Source: Thermoanaerobaculia bacterium
GTDB lineage: Bacteria > Acidobacteriota > Thermoanaerobaculia > Multivoradales > JAHEKO01
DNA: 64,000 nucleotides
Reading direction: 5' to 3'
Assembly (NCBI GenBank): GCA_945787575.1
Contig: CALZKB010000002.1
Location: forward strand, 12,262-76,261
The position numbers were made by a program, and so were the translations under genes. Numbering within the stretch: the first letter of the stretch is position 1; each line of letters begins with the position of its first letter. The notes beneath the pieces are model-generated. The model did no database searches. It worked only from the letters and a program-made list of their open reading frames with translations, and was not told where the DNA came from. Below are positions 42,454-55,114 of this stretch, piece by piece.

Positions 42454-44985
42454 TCAGCGTTCGCGGAGGACGGCAAGCGGCTTGGTGGTCAAGGCGTGCC
42501 AGCCTGCGGAGAACGCTGCCAGGGTCGTCAGGAGGATGGCGAGGACGACGGCGCCCAACGTCGTCGCGGTCCGGAAGTGCCATTCGAGGTCCATCCCGCG
42601 AGTCAGCACCGCCCAGGCGAGGAAGTTGGCTCCCGCGGCTCCGATGACGGCCGCGATCGATGCGATGAAGAAGTGCTCGGCCGCCCACTGGCCGAGGATC
42701 TGGCGGCGGGTCATGCCGAGGGTCTTGAGCAGCGCCGTCTCCCGTCCGCGGCGACTGGCCGCCGCGCTCACCGCGCTGGCGAGGATGACGATGCCGGCGA
42801 CGACGGTGAAGGCTCCCAGGAAACGAACGCCGACCGCCAGGCGCTCGAGGATGGCGGCGATCCGCTCGAGAATCGAGCGGATTCGAAGAACGGTGACGTT
42901 GGGAAACTGCCGGGCGATCGCGTCCTGGAACTCCTGTTCTCCGCCCAGCCGAGCCGTGGCGACTCGCATCTGCGGCGCCTGCTCGAGCGCGCCCGGCTCC
43001 ACGACGATGAAGAAGTTGATCCCGAACGTCTGCCATTCGACCGCGCGCAGGCTGGTCACGGTCCAGCTCATCGGGACCCCCTGGACTTCGAAGGTGAGCT
43101 CGGTGTTCAGATCGAAACCGACCTCACGGGCGAACTCCTGCTCGACGCTGACCTCGGTGATTCGAGGATTGGCCCACAGCTCGCCCGCGACCACTCGATT
43201 GTCCGCCGGCAGCGAGTGGAGGTAGGTAAGCCGCTGCTCCCGGGTGAGGCCCCAGCGTCGGTCGGAACGGCCCTCGCCTTCCACGAGCTCGGTGACGGGG
43301 ACCCCGTCGACCGCCGTGAGCCGAGCGCTGACGACGGGCACCGACTCGACGCCTTCCGCTTCGAAGCGCCGGAGCACCTGCTGGACCCCAGGCCACTGAT
43401 CGGGCTGAATGTCGACCAGGAAAACGCTCGGTGCGGACGTCGGGAGCTGTGAGCGCAGGGCTCGCGTCAAACCCTCCTCGACGAGATGCATCCCCAGCAC
43501 GAACAAGATGCCCAGGCCGAGAGCGACGCAGGCACCGACGGTGGCGGCGCCCGGTCGCGCGACCGCCAGGAGGCCTTGGCGCAACACCGTGAAACGAACA
43601 TGACGGGCCAGACGGCCGGTGAGCCCGAGGGCGACACGGGTTACGGCTGTTAGGACGGCGGACGCCGCGACCAGGCCGATAGTGAAAGCCATGCCGAGTC
43701 TCGGCGAGTCGGCCTGCATTCCGGCCGCGGCCCACACTCCGCCCACGAGGGTCGACCCTAGCGCGACCTGGAGCAAGCGTGAGGGGGCGAGCGGCTCGAC
43801 ATCGCGCCGCAGCACTCTCAGGGGCGGAATTCGACCGACGCGAAGGATCGGTGCGAGAGTGAAGATCACGCTGATGCCGAGCCCCAATCCGATCCCGCGG
43901 GCGATCGCCGACGGCTGCCAGACCACCAGCTCGACGGCGGGCATGGCGTCGCCCACGAGGTGGGGGATGAGGGCCGCGGCTCCGATTCCGAGAGCGCAGC
44001 CGACGATGCAGCCCGCGAGGCCAATCACCAGGGCCTGGACGAGGTAGAGGGCGACGACCTGTCGGGGACGCCATCCGAGGCAGCGGAGCACTGCGATGTC
44101 GTCGATCCGCTGCGAAAGCCAAGCTTGCAGGGTGAAGGCGATCCCCACACCGCCCAGGAGTAGCGACAACAGCGCCACGAGACCGGTGAAGCGCGTCGCT
44201 CGCCGGATCGCCTGGCGCAGGGCCGGCTGGGCGTCGGCGAAAGTCTCGACCCGAAATCGCGCGGAGTCGACGGCGCCGCGAAGAGCGTCGGCGGTGGCTT
44301 CCAAGGAGTCGCCGGAGGATCCCGCCGGCGCCGCCGCCAGCAGGTTGTAGCCGATCCGACTACCGAAACGCACGAGCGACGTTCGCTCGAGACCGCGGCT
44401 CGACAGCAGAATGCGGGGCCCCAGGCTGAAGCCGTCGGCGATTCGATCCGGCTCTCGATTGACGACGCCGAGGATCTCGAACGACTCACCCCCGATCCGC
44501 AGCGACGAACCGACGGTCAGGCCGAGTCGGGTCAGCACGTCGGGCGCAACGAGAACCTCTTCGGCTCTCAGGTCGTCGACCGTCAGCTCGGGCTCGGTCT
44601 CGAGGCGGCCGTAGAACGGGTACCCCGGGTCCGCCGCCTTGAGCTCGACCAGCAGACTCGAGCCGGACTCGGTGATGCGATCGTCGGGACCGGTCGACAC
44701 GATGGTGACGAGCTCACGCGTCTCGGCGAGGCGAGCTCCCCAGGCCTCGAGCTGCTCCCGAGCGGCTTGCGGGATCGGTTGAGCACCGCGCACCGCGAGG
44801 TCGGCTGCCAACAGCTGTCGGGCCTCTCGGCGGATCGCGTTGTCGAGAGCCGCGGCGTGCGTGGCCACGGTCACCACGGCGGCGACGCCGATCGCCAGGC
44901 AAGCCATGAAGAAAAGGAGCCTCGCCGGCGCGGCCTTCCAGTCGGATCGTACGGCGCGGAGATAGAGGGCGGCTGCGGAGGCCAT
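42454..44985 (-). CDS. ybbP: FtsX/MacB-type ABC permease with duplicated FtsX domains (YbbP-like)
   Basis: 843 aa with two 4-TM FtsX modules, each preceded by a large extracytoplasmic loop. The order ybbA-ybbP divergent from tesA matches the E. coli tesA/ybbA/ybbP arrangement. Confidence 0.7.
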   Translation of the reverse strand: MASAAALYLRAVRSDWKAAPARLLFFMACLAIGVAAVVTVATHAAALDNAIRREARQLLAADLAVRGAQPIPQAAREQLEAWGARLAETRELVTIVSTGPDDRITESGSSLLVELKAADPGYPFYGRLETEPELTVDDLRAEEVLVAPDVLTRLGLTVGSSLRIGGESFEILGVVNREPDRIADGFSLGPRILLSSRGLERTSLVRFGSRIGYNLLAAAPAGSSGDSLEATADALRGAVDSARFRVETFADAQPALRQAIRRATRFTGLVALLSLLLGGVGIAFTLQAWLSQRIDDIAVLRCLGWRPRQVVALYLVQALVIGLAGCIVGCALGIGAAALIPHLVGDAMPAVELVVWQPSAIARGIGLGLGISVIFTLAPILRVGRIPPLRVLRRDVEPLAPSRLLQVALGSTLVGGVWAAAGMQADSPRLGMAFTIGLVAASAVLTAVTRVALGLTGRLARHVRFTVLRQGLLAVARPGAATVGACVALGLGILFVLGMHLVEEGLTRALRSQLPTSAPSVFLVDIQPDQWPGVQQVLRRFEAEGVESVPVVSARLTAVDGVPVTELVEGEGRSDRRWGLTREQRLTYLHSLPADNRVVAGELWANPRITEVSVEQEFAREVGFDLNTELTFEVQGVPMSWTVTSLRAVEWQTFGINFFIVVEPGALEQAPQMRVATARLGGEQEFQDAIARQFPNVTVLRIRSILERIAAILERLAVGVRFLGAFTVVAGIVILASAVSAAASRRGRETALLKTLGMTRRQILGQWAAEHFFIASIAAVIGAAGANFLAWAVLTRGMDLEWHFRTATTLGAVVLAILLTTLAAFSAGWHALTTKPLAVLRER

Positions 44986-44988
44986 AGG

Positions 44989-45660
44989 CTACTCGAAGCT
45001 GATGTGGCCGTCGTCGAGCTGGGCGCGTCGATCCGCTAGCTGGGCAGCCGCCGGGTCGTGGGTCACGACAACCAGGGTCGTCCCCGCTTGGCGGCGAAGC
45101 TCGTCGATGATCTCGAGGACTCGCCGGCCGTTCCTCTGGTCGAGGTTGCCCGTCGGCTCGTCGGCCAGGAGCAGCTTCGGCTCGTGGGCGAAGGCGCGAG
45201 CGAGCGCCACTCGCTGCTGCTCTCCTCCCGACAGTTGAGCCGGGTAGTGATGGGAACGCTCGGCGAGGCCGACTCGCGCGAGCAGCGCCTCGGCTCGCTC
45301 CCGCACGTCGGTCCGGCCCAACAGCTCGAGCGGCAGCATGACGTTCTCCCGGGCCGTTCGATTCGGCAACAGCTGGAACGACTGGAAGACGAAGCCGATC
45401 TCGTGGCGACGCAAGAGGGCAAGGCGGTCTTCGTTCTGCTCGTGGATCGGGCAGTCGTTGATCCAGACCCCTCCCGACGAGGGGCGGTCGAGGCCGGCGA
45501 TCAGCGCTAGGAGCGTCGACTTGCCGCTGCCGGACGGTCCGAGGACGGCGAGCGATGCGCCGTGCTCGAGCTCCACGCTGACTCCATCGAGGACCGTGAG
45601 CTCACGTCCGCCCGAAGGGAAAGTCTTGGAGAGGTTCCGGGTCTCGAGATGGGTGGACAT
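44989..45660 (-). CDS. ybbA: ABC transporter ATP-binding protein (LolD/MacB-type; YbbA-like)
   Basis: [53 protein letters not shown]. The ATG at 45660 ([14 protein letters not shown]) is preferred. Confidence 0.85.
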   Translation of the reverse strand: MSTHLETRNLSKTFPSGGRELTVLDGVSVELEHGASLAVLGPSGSGKSTLLALIAGLDRPSSGGVWINDCPIHEQNEDRLALLRRHEIGFVFQSFQLLPNRTARENVMLPLELLGRTDVRERAEALLARVGLAERSHHYPAQLSGGEQQRVALARAFAHEPKLLLADEPTGNLDQRNGRRVLEIIDELRRQAGTTLVVVTHDPAAAQLADRRAQLDDGHISFE

Positions 45661-45740
45661 AGGGAGGGCTCGCGCCGGCGCGCTTTGAGGCACCGACGAG
45701 CGGGGAGACTAACATCGGTGCTTCCCCATAGAATCGCGCC

Positions 45741-46493
45741 GTGAATCACGCCGTGCACCGCGCGACCGTCCTCCCGATTCTCTGTCTCCTGGTCGCAGGT
45801 TGCGGGGATGCGCCGACGCCCGAAGCGCCCCGGGCGGAGTCGATCGTCCGTTCGGCGGAGGAGCCCTCGGTCACCTTCGCCGAGGGGGCGAAGATCGTGG
45901 TGCTCGGCGACAGCCTCGCGGCCGGTTTCGGCCTCGATGTAGAAATGGCCTTTCCATCGCGAGTCGAGGAGACACTTCTACGTCGCGGTTGGGCCGTCGA
46001 GGTGATCAACGCCGGAGTCAGCGGCGACACGACTGCCGGAGGACGGAGTCGCCTCGAGTGGCTGCTGAGCCAGGATCCCGACCTGGTCGTCGTCGGACTC
46101 GGAGCGAACGACGGGCTGCGCGGAGGGTCACTGGCAGAGATGGAGTCGAATCTTCGGGATATCGTCGAGAGGAGCCTCGGGTCGGGTGCGCGGGTCCTCG
46201 TCCTCGGCATGAAGATCCCTCTCAACTACGGACCGGATTACGCGGCGGCGTTCGAATCGATCTACCAGCGTCTGGCCCGGGAGTACGATCTGGCGCTGAT
46301 GCCGTTTCTGCTCGAGGGCGTCGGCGGCCGACCGGAGCTCAACCAAGCCGACGGCATTCACCCCAACGAAGAGGGTCAACGGCGGGTCGCCTCGGAGGTC
46401 TTGCCCTACCTCGAAGCGGAGCTGCGCGCAATAGGTCGATCACCGTCTCCGGAGGCTGCCGGCCCTCCGGCCAAGGAAAGGGGCCTGTCTTGA
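45741..46493 (+). CDS. tesA: SGNH/GDSL arylesterase-thioesterase lipoprotein (TesA-like)
   Basis: Lipobox LLVAGCG. Block [21 protein letters not shown], and C-terminal [10 protein letters not shown] (DxxH). Confidence 0.8.
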   Translation: MNHAVHRATVLPILCLLVAGCGDAPTPEAPRAESIVRSAEEPSVTFAEGAKIVVLGDSLAAGFGLDVEMAFPSRVEETLLRRGWAVEVINAGVSGDTTAGGRSRLEWLLSQDPDLVVVGLGANDGLRGGSLAEMESNLRDIVERSLGSGARVLVLGMKIPLNYGPDYAAAFESIYQRLAREYDLALMPFLLEGVGGRPELNQADGIHPNEEGQRRVASEVLPYLEAELRAIGRSPSPEAAGPPAKERGLS

Positions 46494-47374
46494 GAATCGG
46501 CATCCTCTCCCTGCGCCGGACCCTCTACTCGACCCGTCGTCTACGCGAGGCCGCGCTCGCGCGCGGGCACGAAGCGCGCGTGATCGACTACCTCCGGTGC
46601 ACGATGCACGTGTCGCCGAAAGAGTCGGCGGTGATCTACCGTGGCGAGCCGCTGGTGCTCGACGCCGTCATCCCGCGGATCGGCGCGACCCACACGTTCT
46701 ACGGCAGCGCGATCGTTCGCCAGTTCGAGATGCTGGGGGTGCCGACCGCCAATCATGCCGGCTCGATCGTCCTCGGTCGCGACAAGCTGCGGTCGCTTCA
46801 AGTCCTTGCTCGAGAGGGCGTCGATCTGCCGGTCACCGGGTTTGCCCACTCGGTCAAGGACACTCGTGGTCTCATTGCCCGTGTCGGTGGAGCTCCCTTG
46901 GTGATCAAGCTCGTCGAGGGGACCCAAGGTGTCGGCGTCGTGCTGGCGAGCTCCCACTCGGCGGCCGAGTCCGTGATCTCGGCCTTCCGTCAGCTCGAGG
47001 CGGACATCCTCGTCCAGGAGTTCGTCGCCGAGGCCGAGGGAAGTGACACCCGGGCCTTCGTCGTCGACGATCGGGTCGTCGCGGCCATGAAGCGACGAGC
47101 CCCCGCCGGGGAGTTTCGATCGAACCTCCATCGAGGAGGGAGCGCCGAGCGGGTGGAGCTCAGCTCCGAAGAGGAGGCGTTGGCGAGGCTCGCCGCGAGG
47201 ACCATCGGTCTCGGCGTGGCCGGCGTCGACATGATCCGTTCCTCGCGCGGCCCCCTTATCCTGGAGGTCAACGCCTCTCCCGGTCTCGAGGGGATCGAAG
47301 GGTCGACCGGAGTCGATGTAGCCGGCGCGATCGTCGAATACGTGGAGAGGTTGTCGAGCGAGGCCGCGAAGTGA
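46490..47374 (+). CDS. rimK: RimK-family ATP-grasp alpha-L-glutamate ligase
   Basis: TTG 46490 (-> MRIGILSL...) overlaps the tesA-like stop (TTGA). [55 protein letters not shown]. Confidence 0.85.
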   Translation: MRIGILSLRRTLYSTRRLREAALARGHEARVIDYLRCTMHVSPKESAVIYRGEPLVLDAVIPRIGATHTFYGSAIVRQFEMLGVPTANHAGSIVLGRDKLRSLQVLAREGVDLPVTGFAHSVKDTRGLIARVGGAPLVIKLVEGTQGVGVVLASSHSAAESVISAFRQLEADILVQEFVAEAEGSDTRAFVVDDRVVAAMKRRAPAGEFRSNLHRGGSAERVELSSEEEALARLAARTIGLGVAGVDMIRSSRGPLILEVNASPGLEGIEGSTGVDVAGAIVEYVERLSSEAAK

Positions 47375-48477
47375 CGAGCTCCCTCACGATCGGTGGGGTG
47401 TCGATCCGACGCGGACGGCGACGCCGACTCGAGATCCCGGTGGCGCGATTGCCGACGGGCACTCCCCTCTCGTTACCGGTGACGGTCCTGCGTGGCCAGC
47501 GAGACGGTCCGACGATCTGGCTGAGTGCCGCTCTCCACGGCGACGAGATCAACGGTACGGAGATCATCCGTCGGGTCGTCACCGAGCTAGAAGCCGCCTC
47601 CCTCCACGGTACGGTGATCGCCGCCCCCATCGTGAACGTCTATGGCTTCATCGAGCGAAGCCGCTATCTGCCCGATCGGCGCGATCTCAACCGAAGCTTC
47701 CCCGGGTCGCGAACGGGATCGTTGGCGTCGAGGCTCGCCCATCTGTTTCTCGCCGAGGTCGTCTCGCACTGCTCGCACGGAATCGACTTTCACACCGGTG
47801 CCCAGCACCGCAACAATCTGCCTCACCTGCGGGCCGATCTCGCCGATCCGGAGGCGAGCCGGTTGGCCACCGCGTTTGCCGCCCCCCTTCTCTTTCAGGC
47901 CAAGCGCATTCCCGGCTCCCTGCGGGCCATCGCCCACGCCCGCAAGATTCCGATTCTCGTCTTCGAGGCCGGCGAGCCACTTCGGTTCGAGGAAGAGGCG
48001 ATTCGAGTCGGGGTCGAAGGTACGCTCCGGGTGCTCGCTGCGCTCGGGATGGTCGAGCCGCCGGACGCGCCGCGGCCGCCGCCCTGTCACGAGGCGAAGC
48101 GCGCGGTGTGGCTGAGGGCACCGCGGAGTGGCATCTTGCACCTCGCCACCTCGATGGGAGACACGATCGGGAAGGGCGACATTCTCGCCCGAGTCGCCGA
48201 CCCGTTCTCCGGACGGCGGCGCATTCTCCGTGCGCCGTTCGACGGACTCGTCTTCTCTCAGATCACCAACCCTCTCGTCTACCAGGGCGACGCGATTCTC
48301 CGTCTGGCCCGGCTGAAGAAGCTCCCACTCGCGCTGACGGTCGAGGAGCCCGGGAAGAAGACGGAGGTTCGCAAGAAGGCTCGAAGCCCTCAGCGGGCCG
48401 GCGCGAAGCCGAGCTCCAAGCCCAAGATCAAGAAGGCCACAAGGACCAAGAAGGTCGAGAAGAAGGCCCCCAAATAG
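47371..48477 (+). CDS. Succinylglutamate desuccinylase/aspartoacylase (AstE/AspA, M14-like) family deacylase with Lys-rich C-terminal tail
   Basis: [31 protein letters not shown]. The C-terminal 40 aa are [43 protein letters not shown] overlaps the rimK stop (GTGA). Confidence 0.75.
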   Translation: MTSSLTIGGVSIRRGRRRRLEIPVARLPTGTPLSLPVTVLRGQRDGPTIWLSAALHGDEINGTEIIRRVVTELEAASLHGTVIAAPIVNVYGFIERSRYLPDRRDLNRSFPGSRTGSLASRLAHLFLAEVVSHCSHGIDFHTGAQHRNNLPHLRADLADPEASRLATAFAAPLLFQAKRIPGSLRAIAHARKIPILVFEAGEPLRFEEEAIRVGVEGTLRVLAALGMVEPPDAPRPPPCHEAKRAVWLRAPRSGILHLATSMGDTIGKGDILARVADPFSGRRRILRAPFDGLVFSQITNPLVYQGDAILRLARLKKLPLALTVEEPGKKTEVRKKARSPQRAGAKPSSKPKIKKATRTKKVEKKAPK

Positions 48478-48514
48478 GCCCCGCCGTCTCCGCGGCTGAC
48501 TGTCGAGCCCGTCG

Positions 48515-49315
48515 TCAGCGACCTTCCGGACCCTCCGAGCGCTTGACCTCCGTCCACAGCCGTTCGAGCTCGTCGGGGCTCTGCGCGGCGATCGAGCGGC
48601 CGTCGGCGGCGAGGAGTCGCTCGACGCTCTCGAAGCGTCTCTCGAACTTGCGGCTGGAGTCTGCCAGCGCCGCCTCGGGATCGACCGACAGGTGACGAGC
48701 GAGATTGGCCACTGTGAAGAGAACATCCCCGATCTCCTCCCGCAATCGGGCCGGGTCGCTCTCGGAGGCATCGAGCTCGGCGTCGAGCTCGTCGAGCTCT
48801 TCGCGGAGCTTGGAGACCACGTCGTGCGGCGCGGCCCAGTCGAAGCCGACTCCGGAGGCCTTCTGGGTGACCCGATAGGCTCGCACGAGGGCCGGCAAGG
48901 TCTCCGGCACGCCTTCGAGCAGGGAGCGCGTCGCCTCTTTCGCCTTGCGCTTCTCCCACGCTTCCCGGACCGCCTTCGCTCCTTCGACCGTCTCGCCACC
49001 GAAGACGTGCGGGTGGCGATCGATCATCTTCTTCTCGACGCCATCGATGACGTCGGTGGCGGTGAACTCTTCGTGCTCCTGACCGAGGCAGGTCAAGAAC
49101 GCCACCTGAAAGAGGAGATCCCCGAGCTCTTCCCGGATTCGATCCCAGTCTCCGGAGTCGACCGCGGCCGCCGCTTCGTGGGCCTCCTCGAGAAGATACG
49201 GGCGCAGGTCGTCGAGCTCCTGTTCCCGATCCCACGGGCAGCCGTTCGGACCGCGCAGGCGCGCCACGAGCTCCGTCAAGCGGCGAAAGCTCGTCGGGTC
49301 TGCGGGAGGATTCAT
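48515..49315 (-). CDS. mazG: Nucleoside triphosphate pyrophosphohydrolase MazG (tandem MazG domains)
   Basis: LRGPNGCPWDREQ, LLEEAHEAA, EELGDLLFQV, and a second repeat EEIGDVLFTVANLARHL. Confidence 0.85.
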   Translation of the reverse strand: MNPPADPTSFRRLTELVARLRGPNGCPWDREQELDDLRPYLLEEAHEAAAAVDSGDWDRIREELGDLLFQVAFLTCLGQEHEEFTATDVIDGVEKKMIDRHPHVFGGETVEGAKAVREAWEKRKAKEATRSLLEGVPETLPALVRAYRVTQKASGVGFDWAAPHDVVSKLREELDELDAELDASESDPARLREEIGDVLFTVANLARHLSVDPEAALADSSRKFERRFESVERLLAADGRSIAAQSPDELERLWTEVKRSEGPEGR

Positions 49316-49343
49316 ACTCGGCGATCGGGGAGGCTTTGTTACG

Positions 49344-49925
49344 ATGACGAGCCTTGGTTTATATCAGGCCTGGAGGGCCGCGGTGAGCGAAGGAAAACTG
49401 AAAGTCACGGATCGCCGGATGTTCACGCCAGACGGCGAGCTCAAGGAGGAATTCCGCCACCTCGAGGAAGCTCCTCCACAGTCGTCGGGAGTCTCCGGCG
49501 GCGATGGGGAATCGGCCGACGTCGCCTCCGACGCCGCCGACACGGAGGCCCGATCTCGGGAAACTGGATCTTCGAAGGACCGGTCCTCGGAGGCCCGGTC
49601 GCCGGAGGTCCAGCCCTCGGAGACGCAGCCGTCGGAAGACCAGTCCTCGGGAACCCAGTCCTCGGAGCGGCACCCCTCCGAGCCCGACGTCTTTACCCAA
49701 CTCGTGGCGATGCTCGCCGAACCGGCCGCTCTCTATCTCGGGGACGCTCAGCTTCCCGACGGCCGCTCCATGGAGGATCCGCGGATGGCTCGTCTGCACA
49801 TCGACCTCCTCGCGACGTTGCAGGCCAAGACCCAAGGCAATCTCGACCAGCGAGAGAGCGACGTGCTCGAAGACGTTCTCTACCAGCTGAGGGTGCGTTA
49901 CCTGCAAAAGCACGGGTCCCGCTAG
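49344..49925 (+). CDS. DUF1844-domain protein with Ser/Glu/Gln-rich disordered insert
   Basis: N-terminal KVTDRRMFTPDGE and C-terminal FTQLVAMLAEPAALYLGD...ARLHIDLLATLQAKTQGNL...LEDVLYQLRVRY match the DUF1844 pattern. The start is uncertain. Confidence 0.6.
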   Translation: MTSLGLYQAWRAAVSEGKLKVTDRRMFTPDGELKEEFRHLEEAPPQSSGVSGGDGESADVASDAADTEARSRETGSSKDRSSEARSPEVQPSETQPSEDQSSGTQSSERHPSEPDVFTQLVAMLAEPAALYLGDAQLPDGRSMEDPRMARLHIDLLATLQAKTQGNLDQRESDVLEDVLYQLRVRYLQKHGSR

Positions 49926-49928
49926 GCG

Positions 49929-51659
49929 ATGAGCAGACGGCGTAACTCGACGTGGATCGCGGCCGCGCTCGCACTGCTCTCCGCAGGCGCGGCGGCGGGC
50001 GATTCGACCCGGCCCGAACCGGTGCTCGAGGCGGGAGTGCGGCGTGACCTAGGAGAGATCCAGCAGAACTGGTCCGAGTGGCTCGCCTCCTACGAGCTGA
50101 AAGATTACGAGGCCGAAGAGCTTGCGCTCGAGGCGATCCTCGAGAGACTGGACGAGCTCGGCATGACCGGTCTACCGGAGCTCAGCATCGCTGCCTCGGC
50201 CAGGGCCGTCGACTCTGCGCGGCTGGGGGACGCTCGGGGCAGCGCTCGGGCACTCGCAGCCGCCGAGCGGTTGGATCCCGGGCGGGCCGAGATCGCTTTT
50301 GCCCGGGCGGCCATCGAACGCCAGGAGGGCTCGTGGTGGAGCTTCGTGATCTCGACTCTCGAGGGCTACGTGAAGGTCCTCGAGAGCCCACTCAAGAGAC
50401 GACTCCTGCTGCACAACGCCGTGCTCTGGCTCCTGATGACGGCACTTCTCGGCGGTTGCGTCTTCGTGGCGATGCTCATGGCGGTGCGAGGCCCCGCTCT
50501 GTTCGGCAGCCTTCTGCAGGCGTTACGAAGAGTGGTTCCCGCACCGGTCGGCATGCTCTTTCTCGTCGTCCTTCTGCTGTGGCCGATCGCGCTGTCGAGT
50601 GGTGTGCTCGTGATCGCCCTGAACTGGTCCGTGTTCCTCTGGGCGTACGCCCAGCGCTCGGAGCGATGGGTGCTCGCCACGCTATGGGTCCTCTTCGGTT
50701 TGACTCCCCTCATCCTCGACGAGCAGAGGCGGCGGGTCTCGGTGGAGCTGTCGCCGATGGCCAGGGCGGTGGAGGCGTCGCGGCGAGGCCATCTCGAGGG
50801 GCGGCTGTTCGCCGATCTGGAGCGCCTGAAGATCTTGCTGCCCGACAGCCCCGCGGTCAATCAGCTGGTCGCCGATCAGTACCGCAGGGCAGGCCAGTGC
50901 GATCGATCGATCGATCTGTACAAGCAGCTGGTCGAGACCGAACCGCGCAACGCGGCGGCCTGGATCGACCTCGGGGCCTGCCATTTCTTGAGAGGCGAGT
51001 ACGACGAGGCGATCGAGTACTTCCGTCGCGGAGCGAGCCTCGACGAGGATGTTGCTCAGGGGCACTTCAATCTGAGTCTTGCCTACTCGGAGCTCTACGA
51101 TTTCTCGGAGTCGGAGCGCGCGCTCGCGCGGGCGCAGCGGCTCGATTCGTCTCGCGTAGCGGAATGGCTCGAGGAATCCTCTTCCAAGGGGGTGGCCGAG
51201 GTGTCCGGCGGGCTGAAGCGCGCCGCCGCCGTCCGGCGCGAGCTGCGTCGGTCCTGGATCCTCGAAGATGATAGTGCGGCGTGGTCCTCGCCGCTCCAAG
51301 ACTATCTCTCGATGCCCATCGCGGTGGTCGGTCTCTTGCTGTCTTTTCTCGCCGGGAGGCTCTTGCCCAAAGGCCACCTCGAGGCGCAGGCGCCGCCCTT
51401 GGTGGACTGGGGAAGTAAGTGGGGCGGCTTCTACCGAGTGTTGGTACCCGGAATCCCCGAACTCGAGGCGGGCGAGTCGGTGCGAGCCGTGGCCGCCGTC
51501 ACGCTGTTCGCGGGGCTGCTGTTGATCCCCTGGATCGGGGTCTACGGTTATCGGCTGCCGTGGGGTTTCGAGCCGGAGGTGAGCCTCGGCTGGGTGGCCA
51601 CCGTGATCGGCATCCCGCTGTTCTTCATGTGGCGGTGGCGCAGGGAGAGCGCTTCCTGA
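49929..51659 (+). CDS. TPR-repeat integral membrane protein
   Basis: Signal/TM at the N-terminus, several internal TM helices, and TPR units (AAWIDLGACHFLRGEYDEAIEYFRRGASLD, GHFNLSLAYSELYDFSESERALARAQRLD). Confidence 0.65.
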   Translation: MSRRRNSTWIAAALALLSAGAAAGDSTRPEPVLEAGVRRDLGEIQQNWSEWLASYELKDYEAEELALEAILERLDELGMTGLPELSIAASARAVDSARLGDARGSARALAAAERLDPGRAEIAFARAAIERQEGSWWSFVISTLEGYVKVLESPLKRRLLLHNAVLWLLMTALLGGCVFVAMLMAVRGPALFGSLLQALRRVVPAPVGMLFLVVLLLWPIALSSGVLVIALNWSVFLWAYAQRSERWVLATLWVLFGLTPLILDEQRRRVSVELSPMARAVEASRRGHLEGRLFADLERLKILLPDSPAVNQLVADQYRRAGQCDRSIDLYKQLVETEPRNAAAWIDLGACHFLRGEYDEAIEYFRRGASLDEDVAQGHFNLSLAYSELYDFSESERALARAQRLDSSRVAEWLEESSSKGVAEVSGGLKRAAAVRRELRRSWILEDDSAAWSSPLQDYLSMPIAVVGLLLSFLAGRLLPKGHLEAQAPPLVDWGSKWGGFYRVLVPGIPELEAGESVRAVAAVTLFAGLLLIPWIGVYGYRLPWGFEPEVSLGWVATVIGIPLFFMWRWRRESAS

Positions 51660-51687
51660 AGCCGTCGTCGCCGGAGACCATGTAGAC

Positions 51688-52929
51688 ATGGCATACGAAG
51701 GATCACTCGCCGATCGCCCCTTCCCCGAGGTGCTGCAGCACATCGCGCGCCAAGGCGATACGGGGATCCTCACTCTCCAGGGCGACGAGGAGATCATCGG
51801 CGTGACCTTCCTCGAAGGCGAAGTGGTCTCCGTCGATGCCGTCAACCAGGCGCCCGAGGACGGGCTCGGGCTCGTTCTCGAGGAAGGCAATCTGGTCTCA
51901 CTCGACGACTTCTCGAGCTTGGTCGCCGAGAATCGCGCCGGCGGCGGAAGAGTGACCGACCTTCTGCTCGAAAGGGACTTCATAACCCGCGTCCAGCTTC
52001 TGGAGGCACTGCGCCAACAGACTCTGCGGCTCTGCGCGGAGGCGTGTAGCTGGCAGACCGGCCATTTCCGTTTCTACCGGGGAGATCAGGTGTCGCACGA
52101 AGAGGGCATCGAGCCACTAGAGGTGGATGACCTCCTGGCGAGATTGGCCTCCCCGCAGCCGCCCGCACCGTCGGTCGAGCCGGCTGCTCCCGTCGAGGCG
52201 ATCCCGTCCTTCGAAAGCGGTTCGCTGCCTGCGTTCGACGAAGTGCCGGAAGTCGAGATGCTCGAGCTCGAGTCGGACGACCGGGGCTACGACGGCGCGA
52301 TCGCCCCCCCGGTGGAGTCGTTGGTGGTCGGGTACTCCGAAGAGGGTTACGCGGACATCAACTACCCGAGTATCGAGTACCCCGCGGTCGAGTCGCCCGA
52401 TTTCGTTGACGAGGCCGACGAGCCACCGATCTTAGAGCCTCGCCGACGGAGGGAGCGGTCGTGGCTGGGAGCTCTCGAATCGAGCAAGACGCCGGTGCTA
52501 CCCGGCTATCTGTTGAGCCTCGGACTGTTGGTCAGCCTCTTGGGGCTCGTCCTGTTGGCTCCCGGCCGCTTCCTGCTTCCACTGAACGGGCAAGACCGCA
52601 TCCGTACGGGGATCGCCTCGGGCGTCCAGGGGTCGCTTTACGCCAAGGTCGATCGAGCGGCGAAGACCCACTTCCTGCTGCGCGGCGACTTCCCCGAGGG
52701 TCTCGAGGGCTTCGCCGAAATGCGCCTTATCGACGCGGACGACTTCGAGTCGGGTGGCAGAAGGGTCGTCTACACCCGCGCTCCTCTGTCGTATCAACTG
52801 TCCTTGGAAGCTCAAGCCCGCCGCGATCGGGCGGTCCGGACCGAGACGATCAGCGACAACTTTCTGCTCGATCCTGATTTCTCGCCGGCGGAAGTCCTCG
52901 ATCGACCCTCGCTCGTGTTGCTCGATTGA
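51688..52929 (+). CDS. DUF4388 (PATAN-like) domain protein, paralogue 3, with acidic linker and one TM segment
   Basis: GSLADRPFPEVLQHIARQGDTGILTLQGDEEIIGVTFLEGEVVSV. Then an acidic Pro/Glu-rich linker, and a TM segment LPGYLLSLGLLVSLLGLVLLAP. Confidence 0.65.
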   Translation: MAYEGSLADRPFPEVLQHIARQGDTGILTLQGDEEIIGVTFLEGEVVSVDAVNQAPEDGLGLVLEEGNLVSLDDFSSLVAENRAGGGRVTDLLLERDFITRVQLLEALRQQTLRLCAEACSWQTGHFRFYRGDQVSHEEGIEPLEVDDLLARLASPQPPAPSVEPAAPVEAIPSFESGSLPAFDEVPEVEMLELESDDRGYDGAIAPPVESLVVGYSEEGYADINYPSIEYPAVESPDFVDEADEPPILEPRRRRERSWLGALESSKTPVLPGYLLSLGLLVSLLGLVLLAPGRFLLPLNGQDRIRTGIASGVQGSLYAKVDRAAKTHFLLRGDFPEGLEGFAEMRLIDADDFESGGRRVVYTRAPLSYQLSLEAQARRDRAVRTETISDNFLLDPDFSPAEVLDRPSLVLLD

Positions 52930-52994
52930 GGTACGGGCAGAGTCGAGAGCGCCGAATCTTAGTGCGTGATCATTAGATCATGACCCTCCGAGAC

Positions 52995-53024
52995 TTGACA
53001 TTTAGACGCTAAGGTTCGTACACT
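52995..53024 (+). promoter_or_regulatory. Candidate sigma-70-type promoter of dnaK
   Basis: TTGACA (52995-53000), an 18-nt spacer, then TACACT (53019-53024), in a locally AT-richer stretch ~85 nt upstream of the dnaK TTG start. The palindrome TGATC-ATTA-GATCA (52967-52980) lies just upstream. Confidence 0.4.
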
Positions 53025-53107
53025 CTCCTGGGCGGCGAAGCTTCTCAACAGCGGCACCTACCTGATCGCCGGCCGCACTCGAGAGTTCATTCAAGGAGGA
53101 ACGCGTT

Positions 53108-55015
<1,908 letters not shown>

Positions 55016-55114
55016 TGCTACGAATGCGCTCCGCTTGACGCCCTGCCTGCGGTCCTTCCTCGAGGCTCCGCGGGCCGTTTCGGGTCTCAACCGACGCAGC
55101 AGGAGTAAAGACCG

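Noticed and set aside
52958-53013. Canonical HAIR operator (CTTGAGT-N7-ACTCAAG) upstream of dnaK
   Set aside because: I could not find a match to the consensus, only unrelated or imperfect palindromes. These are reported as candidates rather than as a HAIR site.
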